This document shows, in pieces, positions 37,734-48,090 of a DNA stretch of 64,000 nt. The notes beneath the pieces were generated by a model that saw only the letters and a list, made by a program, of their open reading frames with translations, made no database searches and was not told the DNA's origin. The stretch is from positions 21,814,439 through 21,878,438 of the forward strand of contig NC_092371.1 in NCBI RefSeq assembly GCF_030028105.1, written 5' to 3'. Origin of the DNA: Mobula birostris (taxonomy: Eukaryota). A program made the position numbers and the translations under genes. How positions within the stretch are numbered: the first letter of the stretch is position 1; every line of letters begins with the position of its first letter.

Positions 37734-40029
37734 GTACCTCTTCCTAGAGATGCTGCCTGGCCTGCTGCGTTCACCAGCAAATTTGAGGTGTGTTGCTTGA
37801 ATTTCCAGCATCTGCAGAATTCCTTGTGTTTACAATATTAAGCACCCATTCCTGTCCCCTTCTCAACCAAGTTTCTGTAATGGCCACAACATTCATAATT
37901 CCATGTGCTAACCCATGCTCTAAATTCATCACCTTTACCCACAACACTCATAGCATTAAAATACACACACTTCAAACTATCCATCCATTGTATCAATTAC
38001 TTTGCTTCTGCCTGTTTTTTACTGACCCTGATATCTACCTTCCTCTGCATCCCTCCACTTTCTGACCTGGTTCTCTGGTTCCCATCCTCTTGTGGTTGCC
38101 AAGTGAGCTTAAACCCTCCTGAGGAGCACTAGCGAACCTCCCGGCCAGGTTATGGGTTCCCCTCCAGTTCAGGGACAACCTGTCCCCTTGTGTTGGTCAT
38201 CCCTGCTCCAGGAGAGATTCCATTCAGCCAAGAACCTGATACCCTGCCCCTGCACCAGTTCCACAGCCATTCATTCATCTGTGCTATCGTCCTCTTTCTG
38301 CCCTGACTGACGCGTTGCACTGGGAGTAATCTGGGGATCACTATTTTAGGGGTCCTGCCCTTCAGCCTCTTTCATAGCTCCTTATACTCACTATGCAGGA
38401 CTTCTTCTCCCTTTCTACCAATGTCATTGGTGCCAAAATGCAGCTCGACCTTTGGCTGCTCACCCTTCCTCTTGAGAATATTCTGCAACTGCTCTGACAC
38501 ATCCTGGGCCCCGGCACCGAGGAAGCAACACCCCATCCTGGCTTATCTTTCGCCATCATGGAATCTTCTGCCAGACCCCCTAACTGCCAAGTCTACTATC
38601 ACTATTGCTCTGCCTGACGTCAGCCTTCCCTGCTGAGCCTCGCCATTTTGCTGATGTAAATGCAAGCCAGATTAAAAAGGGTGATAGATGAACTGGTGTT
38701 CAGCTTACTGTTGCAAGAGGCTATACTTGGCTTCGTGCTGAACTGACTCTGCAGCCGTGGGGCTCATGGGCCAGCTGCACTTGCTTCAGTGCTGAAATGG
38801 CTCTGTGGCTGAGGCATTCATTTTCCGGGACTCTGCATTTTGCATTTGGTTGCTATTTTGAAATTGTTCGCATGACTTGTTCTTTTTTTGCACATTGAAT
38901 GTTTGATGGTGTTTGTTGTGTGGATTTCTCTGCGGATTCTATTATATTTCTTTGGTTTCTTGCTGTCTGCCAGCAGATGAATCTTAATGCTGCATTTGGT
39001 ATACATAATTTGATAATAAAAGTATTTGAACTTTTCATTTTGAAGTGCTTTTGCCTCAAGCACAGTGAATCTCTGAGAAGGAAAAAAGTTTAAAGCAAAT
39101 TTATTATCAAAGTACTTAAGTATATTGTATGCTAGCAGATACTATCTTTAAATTCATTTCCTAACAGGTATTTACAGGCAAAAAAGAAATACAATACAAT
39201 TTCATGAAAAGTATATATATATATATAAACAAGACTGACAAACTACCAACGTGCAAAAGAAGACAAACTGTGCAAATAATAAAAAATCCGAACAAGAGTT
39301 GTAAAGGTTCCTTGAAAATGAGTCTGCAGGTCATAGAATCAGTTCAGAAAAGCAGTGATTAAAGTTATCCACACTGGTTCAGGAGTCTGATGCTATAGGT
39401 TAATAACTGATCCTGACCCTGGTGGTGTGGGACCTACAGCTTCCACACCTCCTGTCCAATGGTAGTAGCAAGAAGGTAGAGATCTTTGAGGATGGTTGCT
39501 GCTATCGTGTGGCAGCACTCCATGTAGAAGTACTCAGTGGTGGAAAGAGCTTTGCCTGTGATAGGCACTTTTTATAGCTTTTTCCATTCTGTGTATTGGT
39601 GTTTCCATACCAGGCTGTGGTGCAACCGGTCCAGATACTCTCCACTGTGCCTCTACAGAAGTTTGTCAAACACACTGACATTGCCTATTTGCTCCACCTC
39701 ACGTCTTTCCTTACACAATATTACGACAACCTGCAATCATAAAATGATACCTCCTCAAAAATGCACAGCATAAAAGAGAAACTAAGCTCATATTTTGTTG
39801 TGATATTTTAAACAAAGCCCATATAATTGATGACGGGTCATGAACCTAAAACATTTATTGTTTCTCTTTCCATGGATGCTGCCCGACCTGTCAAGCTTTT
39901 GACACCATTTCCTGCTTTTATTTCAAATCTTCAATACTGTCAGTGCTTTTGATTTTCAAAGCTTGTACTGTTCGCTCTAGCTGATCCTATACATTTTGGT
40001 AAAGTGTCAGCAATCGATATACAGTAAAT

Positions 40030-40460
40030 CAGATACAGAAAGGCAAAGAACTGACATATGGAGTTTAATCTGGATGCGTGAGGTGTGGTACGTTCGGAGA
40101 TGAAATGTAAACGGGAGAGTGTGCAGTTAGTAACCGAACCTTTAAGAGCACTGACCTACAGAGGATCTTGAGTCCAAGTCCGCAGCTCCCAGAAAGTTGC
40201 TGTGAAGATTATTAGGACAAGAAAGAAGGCGCATGCATGTTTGCCTTTATGAACCGAGGTTGGAGGCTATATCTGGAATACCGCATTCACATCCGGTCGC
40301 TCCATTATGGGAAGGAAATGGAGTCTTTGAAGAGGCTGCGGAAAAGTTTTACCAGAATGCTGCCTGAGTTCAAGGGCATATGATATCAGGGAAAGCTGGT
40401 CAATCTTGGGTGAACTTTTCTGGAGTCTGAGGGGAGACAAAATGGAAGTTGTAAGATTAG
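40030..40460 (+). mobile_element. Decayed CR1 RT C-terminal fragment
   Basis: atggagtttaatc..gtgaggtg; ggatcttgagtccaagtcc; tttaccagaatgctgcctg. Confidence 0.65.
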
Positions 40461-40592
40461 GAGAGACCTTCTTCAGCGTTTGACTGTCACCAAGTTACAT
40501 TGGGATTATTCCAATGAGGAAAGGAAGATGCAATAGTATTTCCAATGGAATTAGGAATAGATTTCTTTCCAAGATAGCACTCTAAAATATAT

Positions 40593-40746
40593 ACACGAGG
40601 AAATCTGCAGATGCTGGAATTTCAAGCAACACACATAAGAGTTGCTGGTGAACGCAGCAGGCCAGGCAGCATCTCTAGGAAGAGGTACAGTTGACGTTTC
40701 GGGCCGAGACCCTTTGTCAGTTCACCAGCAACTTTTATATGTGTTG
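40593..40746 (-). mobile_element. 154-bp Penelope-like micro-insertion with a short inverted arm
   Basis: 13-bp TSD ctctaaaatatat (40580-40592 / 40747-40759). The minus arm stops exactly at the hammerhead CTGA core (40720), followed by a 26-bp inverted arm. Confidence 0.9.
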
Positions 40747-43700
40747 CTCTAAAATATATGCTGTGTTAGAGCAATTTACAAACAGAAGAAGCTAGATTTT
40801 CCTTATATGTACAAACTTCCCTTTGGCACCAATTCTGTTCAAAGATGCTAAGGATTTCTTTCCCTAACGGACGACCACTGCTTCACACGGGAAACACTCA
40901 GTCTTGTGGAAAATGACTGGCTCAGACCTGTACATCATCTTGACCATATCCCACCCTGTGTATGCACAGTTCAATGCAACATTCATCAATTCTGACCTAT
41001 CTCTTGTGAATTGACTATCCAGGATCAGGATTGTGACTGGGATGTGCCTTAGGATGATCTTCCACTTTATTGTCTGCCTACACTGCACTTTTTCTGTAGC
41101 TGTTACATTTTATTCTGCAGTCTGTTATTGTTTTACTTTGTTCTACCACCGTACACTGTAAAATAATTTGAGGAATATGAACAATGTGCAAGATAAGCTT
41201 TTCACTGCATCTCGGTACACACCATAGTGATAAACCGATCCCAATTCTAGTTCCAATTCCAATTGAGCTCTTTCTGTTTATCACTGAATTATTTAGTTCA
41301 ATGTCATGACTAATAATCTTCACCTTGGAACTGCAGTCACATGACATCTACTGGATTATTCATGGGCTGGAGGCTGTCATAGCAGGGGCTCCAGTTCCCT
41401 TTGTCCGCACCGTTCAAGAAAATTAAAGTACGGGTACTTCAAAATTCAGAACTAAAAAATAAACCAAAACGGTGAAACAATTCCTCCATGGCTTGGTCTG
41501 AGATTCTGAAGTGACTCACGTATCATTCAGCTGCTGAAGAAATGATGAACATTAGTATTTGCATCCATTCATTACACCAGGCAGACTGCCATTTCCAAGC
41601 GCTTGCTTTCATTACACCCTCACCACTCTAGGAAGTGATGGGTTGTATAATCCGAATGGTTTAATGGCCAAGGGGATTTAAAATGCTTCTCAGCTTCGTC
41701 ATCTGCTGAAGTTAATTGATTTCTTTTTGCATCCATTTATTTTCCTTTGTCACACAAATGCAGCCATTGGATTTATGCTTCATGTCACATTACAAGTCGT
41801 AAGTTACAGCCACTTCTTAAATCTTCAAATTAGATTCTTGTTCTGCAGTGAATTATATGAATTACATGAGTTCCTGCAACAGTTTGTTTTCTTGGGGTTA
41901 GGAGCATTGGTAGAACGAAAGAAATGGAGTCCAGATCCAAGGTTTCAAAGCTGTCTGATTGAAAGGGGAATGTCAATTGAAATTGCTGCGTCTATCAGTG
42001 ATTAGAAGGAAGCACATAGGAAACATACAGACTGCACCAGAGGTCAGAATCGAACAAACATCACTGGAACTGAGGAAGCAGTTCCACTGTTGTGCCTCTG
42101 TGCCATCCATTATTTTTGAGTATCTGCGATATTTTGTATCTCACTCTCCAACAAGCCATGAAATCTTTACAAATACAGCTCTCCTTTCATTCCAACAGCA
42201 TCTCAGTTTCACTCTATCTCATTCATCTGGTGACGTCCTGCACTTTGATTTTTATCCTTCCCTGAGGCTTCTGATTTAAAAGTTGCATTAAAATTATTGT
42301 CAGTGCGATAGCTCCCACATAATTGTTGCTGGAGTGAATGAAAAATGTCTGTAGCATTAACAGGAGTAATCAGGAAAAGTAACTCATTTCTTTCCAATGT
42401 AAGCAAAATACTCTAGTTTAAGTGGTTGCATCTGAGATTGCTGGAGGTTATGCTGATGGGTGATAATGCAACTTGTGTGTTGACCCCTTCAATCATACGG
42501 TTTCAGGGGAAGGGGGAGTGGTCGTAAACAGTTCACACATAACACAGAACAGTACATCACAGTAACAAGCACTTCTGTCTACTGAACATCATCTGCCAAA
42601 CACAGCACCAAATCAAACTATAGGTCACTCCTGCCTGCACACAACCCATTCTCTCCATTCTCTGCATGTTCACGCATCTATTTAAGAGTCTCTTAACCAC
42701 TTGTACCTGCTTCCAACAAACCTAGGCAGCCCATTCCTACCACTCTCGGTGAACAAAGTTTGCACATTTATGCAAAGAAAATGCATTTCAGGATGTATAT
42801 TGTATATATTTCTCTGACATTAAATTAAACCTTGAAACCTTAAATTGAACCTTTGAATATATAAATTTGCCAGTGACACGACTGTTGTTGGACGAATCAC
42901 AACTGGTGACGAATCAGTGTACAGGAGCGAGGTGGTTGACTGGTGCCACAACAACAACCTCTCACTCAGTGCCAGTAAAGCTAAAGAATTGATTGTTGAG
43001 TTCAGGAAGGCGAAGTAGAGAGAACATGTCTTGTTCCACATTGGGTGACCGGCAGTCGAGTGAGTCACAGCAGATATAAATTCCTGAGTGTTAACATATT
43101 AGATAGCATGTCCTGGGTCCAGCACTATCACAAAATGGCACCAGAAGGCATGTCACTGAACACTCAAGTTCAGATTTATTTATCACACGTACATCGAAAC
43201 AAACAGTGAAAGGAGTCATTTGTGTTACCAACCATCACAGCTAGGGGAGTCCTGAAGTGTTTCCACGCATTCTGATGCCAGAACAGCATGCTCACAATGC
43301 TTGGCAAAACAACACAGAGCGTAACAAGCCACAAAACAACAGCGAAGCAAGCCCCATTCCTCTCTCTCTCCCACCTACACACATGGACTGTCCTCCAACT
43401 CCAGAACAGGCCTCCAGTGTCCACTATCCGAGCTTCAGCCACTGGGCTTCGACTTCCAGACTTCCAGTCAACCTTCAGTACTGAACCAGGCTAGCTGATG
43501 ACAGCACCTCAAACTCACGGCTCAAACTCTGGGCATGCCGACTGACCGGCCCTCGTGCCTCTTGCTCACGTTCAATCCTGGAACACCCTGACGTGGGAGA
43601 GTCTGACATCCACGAATGTCCTTTATCCCTGTCCACATTGTCAGCCTCTGAGCATGTAGTAAAAAGTGTGACTCTGAAAGTCCTTCATCCCATGTTCACA

Positions 43701-43809
43701 TTTCTAGCCCTTGAGGACAGAGTAGAGGCCTGGACTCCGGATGTAATTTGTCACTCGTCCACACTTCTGGCCGTTGAACGTGGAGTGCAGAGTGGAGGAC
43801 TAACCTTTA

Positions 43810-45160
43810 ACCAATATCAAAGTGGATAATAAAAGCTTTTGCAAGTATGTAAAAAAAAATAGAGAGATGAGTTACAGTCGACGTTTCCAGCCGAAACCCT
43901 TCGTTGGGACTAACTGAAAGAAGAGCTAGTAAGAATTTTGAAAGTGGGAGGGGGAGGGGGAGATCTGAAATGATAGGAGAAGACAGGAGGGGGAGGGATG
44001 GAGCCAGAGCTGGACAGGTGATTGGCAAAAGGGATATGAGAGGATCATGGGACAGGAGGCCTAGGGAGAACGAAAGGGGGAGGGGGAAGCCCAGAGGATG
44101 GGCAAGGGGTATAGTGAGAGGGACAGAGGGAGAAAAAGGAGAGAGAGAAAAAGAATGTGTGTATATAAATACATAAATAACAGATGGGGTTCTTGGCTCC
44201 ATCCCTCCCCTTCCTGTCTTCTCCTATCATTTCGGATCTCCCCCTCACCCTCCCACTATCAAATATCTTACTAGCTCATCTTTCAGTTAGTCCTGACGAA
44301 GGGTCTCGGCCCAAAACGTCGACTGTACCTCTTCCTAGAGATGCTGCCTGGCCTGCTGTGTTCACCAGCAACTTTTATGTGTGTTGCTTGAAATTCCAGC
44401 ATCTGCAGATTTCCTCGTGTTTGCGTTTTTAAAGAGAGATGAGAGTGGATGTAGGATCAGTAGAAAGTAAGGCCAGAGAAATAATAATGGGTGACAAGGA
44501 GATGGCAAGATTAACTGAGTATTTTGCACCAGTCTTCACTGTGCAAGGCATTAGCAGTGTGCCAGATGTTGATGGGTGTGAGGGAAGAAAAGTGAGTTCA
44601 TTTACTAATAGAAGGGAGAAGCTGCTCAAGACCTGAAGGACCTCAGGGTACATAATTCACCTGGACTAGATGAACTGAACCCTAAGGTTCTGAAAGAGGT
44701 AGCAGCAGGGATTGTGGAATCATTAGTAATGATCTTTTAAGAATTGTTGGACTCCGGAATGGTGCCGCAGGACTGGAAAAGTGACATATGACATAGGAAA
44801 GAAAGGAGGAAAGTAGCAGAAAGGAAATTATAGACCAGTTAGCCTGACCTCAGTGCTTGGGAAGATGTTGGAGTTAATTGTTAAGGATGAGGTTATGGAG
44901 TATTTGGTGACACAGGACAAGATAGGACAAAGTCTGCATGGTTTCCTTAAGGGAAAATCTTGCCTGACAAACCTGTTGAAATTCTTTGAGGAGATTACAA
45001 GTAGGATAGATGAAGGAGGTGCAGGGGACGTTTGGACTTTCAGAAGGCCTTTGACAAGGTGCTACACATGAGGCTGTTTACCAAGTTAAGAGCCCATGGT
45101 ATTACAGGAATGTTACTAACATGGTTAGAGCATTGGCTGATTGGTAGGAGGCAGTGAGAA
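43810..45160 (+). mobile_element. CR1 ORF2 fragment interrupted by a Penelope-like insertion
   Basis: EMARLTEYFAPVFT, GNYRPVSLTS.LGKMLE and HGFLKGKSCLTNLLKFFEEIT. Confidence 0.85.
43872..44432. mobile_element. Penelope-like inverted-repeat insertion with two mutated hammerhead motifs
   Basis: 11-bp TSD agagagatgag (43861-43871 / 44433-44443). Motifs at 43876-43911 (-) and 44289-44324 (+). Confidence 0.88.
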
Positions 45161-46580
45161 GGGGGAATTGGATAAAAGGGGATAGAAGATCATGGAAGAA
45201 AGGAAAGAAGGAGGAGCTTCTGAGGAAGACGATGGGCAGGTAAGGAGATGAGGTGAGAGAGGGAAATGGGAAGAGGGAATGGTGAAGGAAAGGGGAGTAG
45301 TGGAGGCAGTTATGGGAATTTCAAGAAATCTAACTTCCCATTCCCATTTTGAAATATCAGTCTATCTTCCCATTCCCATTCTGACATGTCAGTCTCTCAC
45401 CCATTTCAACTCTACTTCCCATCCCCATTCCGATAATATGTGTTCTAATTAACTTTCTGCAGTTTCACAGGTAAGGGATCTCATTAAAACTCCTGACAAA
45501 AGCTTCTGTCTCTGGTGATATTTGAGAAGTTGTTTAGCTTGCTGCATAGCTGTGTACTCTGACACATTGAGGGCAGTAGAGTGAAAAGATAGCGAGAAGG
45601 GTACTGGCAGTTGACATTAACAATCCAGCTAAGTGTTTACAGGTGTTGAGGCAGAGGCTGGACAAATGCTATAGCCTTCTAGAGGCAATTGAAGAATCTC
45701 TCTAGGTAATTTTCCCATACTCTCACACAAAGAATCGCAGAAGTTACAGGAGCATGCAGATTGATTGTCGCAACTGATGACAAAAACCGAGGATTATTTA
45801 TTAGGACTGTGTTTTTTGAACACAACAAGAGGAATGAACCCTGTAGTAGAGAAACTACTAAATAATATCCAAGAACAGCAGATAACTGAAAGGTTCAAGT
45901 ATAAAACAAACCATCATATCATATCCTCCATTTTCATTCTTCATGGACTTTGTTTGCCACCACTCAGAAATGCAAAATAACCCTAGTTTTATGTTCACAA
46001 CTTCCAGTAACTTCTCATTCAAAGACAGGTCTCCAGCAAAAACATGGAAAACCGAAGCCCTATCACAGTCAGCAAAAGTGAAGTAGAAAACTCTGTTATG
46101 AATCCCGACAAACAATGCGCTGTCCATAAGAAAACTCACTCATTAAGGGATTTTTTTTTGTGGCCCATTTGAATCAGGAACGAGAGAAGAAGCAACTCAG
46201 AGATCTGTGATTTTAAAAAGAGCGTTCATGGGCTTTCGGCATTTTCCGGTGGCCCAATCGAATTAGGAGTGAGAGGGGAGTCAATACACAAGTCTGTGGG
46301 TGAGATTTAAGAAGGAATGTTCACAGGCTTTCAGTGTTTTCTGATGGCTCAATCAAACAACAACTCATTCTTCATTCTTCATTCTTCATTATTCATTTGT
46401 TAGTAAATAAACAGAGCAGTGAAAATAGCTCCAGGGCATGTGCTGAGTTTGTGTGAGATGTGGGCATGCTGAGAGACCTCTAGCCTCCCAGATAACCACA
46501 TCAGCACCAGGTGCACTGAGCTACAGAGAACATGTTAAGGAAATGGTGCTGCTCAGTGACCTATGGAAACTGATGAGATG

Positions 46581-47725
46581 AGTGTGCAAACTTAAAGCAC
46601 ACGGTATTGGGAGTATGGTATTGATGTGGATAGAGAATTGGTTGGCAGACAGGAAGCGAAGAGTGGGAATAAATGGGACCTTTTCAGAATGGCAGGCAGT
46701 GACTAGTGGGGTACCGCAAGGCTCAGTGTTGGGACCCCAGTTGTTTACAATATATATTAATAACTTAGTTGAGGGAATTAAATGCACCGTCTCCAAGTTT
46801 GCGGATGACACGAAGCTGAGTGGCAGTGTTAGCTGTGAGGAGGATGCTAAGAGGATGCAGGGTGACTTGGATAGGTTAGGTGAGTGGGCAAATTCATGGC
46901 AGATGCAAATTAATGTGGATAAATGTGAGGTTATCCACTTTGGTGGCAAGAACAAGAAAACAGATTATTATCTGAATGGTGGCCGATTAGGAAAAGGGGA
47001 GGTGCAACGAGACCTGGGTGTCATTATACACCAGTCATTGAAAGTGGGCATGCAGGTACAGCAGGCGGTGAAAAAGGTGAATGGTATGCTGGCATTCATA
47101 GCAAGAGGATTCAAGTACAGGAGCAGGGAGGGTCTACTGCAGTTGTACAAGGCCTTGGTGAGACCACACCTGGAGTATTGTGTGCAGTTTTGGTCCCCTA
47201 ATCTGAGGAAAGACATTCTTGCCATAGAGGGAGTACAAAGAAGGTTCACCAGATTGATTCCTGGGATGGCAGAACTTTCGTATGAAGAAAGACTGGATCG
47301 ACTAGGCTTATACTCCCTGGAATTTAGAAGATTGAGGGGGGATCTTATTGAAACGTATAAAATTCTAAAGGGATTGGATAGGCTAGATGCGGGAAGATTG
47401 TTCCTGATGTTGGGGAAGTCCAGAACGAGGGGTCACAGTTTAAGGATAATGGAGAAGCCTTTTAGGACTGAGATGAGGAAAAACTTCTTCACACAGTGAG
47501 TGGTGAATCTGTGGAATTCTCTGCCACAGGAAAGAGTTGAGGCCAGTCCATTGGCTATATTTAAGAGGGAGTTAGATATGGCTCTTGTGGCTAAAGGGAT
47601 CAGGGGGTATGGAGAGAAGGCTGGTACAGGGTTCTGAGTTGGATGATCAGCCATGATCATACTGAATGGTGGTGCAGGCTCGAAGGGCCGAACGGCCTAC
47701 TCCTGCACCTATTTTCGATGTTTCT
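46581..47725 (+). mobile_element. Young 5'-truncated CR1 LINE (RT C-terminal ORF of 305 aa)
   Basis: SGVPQGSVLGPQLFTIYIN, KFADDTKL and LYKALVRPHLEYCVQFWSP. 3' UTR with gaagggccgaacggcctactcctgc and tail. Confidence 0.95.
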
Positions 47726-47759
47726 AAGATAGATCGGAGTTAGAGGGGGGTAGGAGGCA

Positions 47760-48090
47760 TGATGGGAGAGTTTAGGACAAGAGGGCACAGCCTCAGGATG
47801 GAGGGGCACCCTTTCAGATCAGAGATGTGGAGAAATTTCTTTAGCCAAAGGGTGGTGAATTTGTGAAATCTGTTACCACATGCAGCTGTGGAGGCCAGGT
47901 CATTGGGTATGTTTAAGACAGAGATTGATAGGTTCTTGATTGGACATGGCATCAAAGGTTACGGGGAGAAGGCCAGGAACTGGGGTTGAGGAGGAGGGAA
48001 AAAAAGATCAGCCTTGATTAAATGGTGGAGCAGACACGATGGGCCAGATGGCCTAATTCTGCTCCTAAGTCTTATGGTCTTATGGTGTTA
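47760..48090 (+). mobile_element. CR1 3' end fragment
   Basis: gggcacagcctcagg...gatgggccagatggcctaattctgctcct followed by a (tatggtct)n tail. Confidence 0.85.

Larger units (their letters stand above)
37578..37834. mobile_element. Penelope-like foldback insertion: ~100-bp near-perfect inverted repeat with two divergent hammerhead motifs
   Basis: 14-bp TSD atattaagcaccca (37564-37577 / 37835-37848). Hammerheads at 37642-37677 (-) and 37698-37733 (+). Confidence 0.93.
36440..38640 (-). mobile_element. CR1 LINE 5' region (SGNH-esterase ORF1 remnant, APE)
   Basis: GNSDHNSLSF, LNEYFTSVFTK..KSPG and ORF1 LLPVQRVSQGR..MNEWLWNWCRG. A 24-bp tandem duplication at 37077-37124. Confidence 0.85.
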
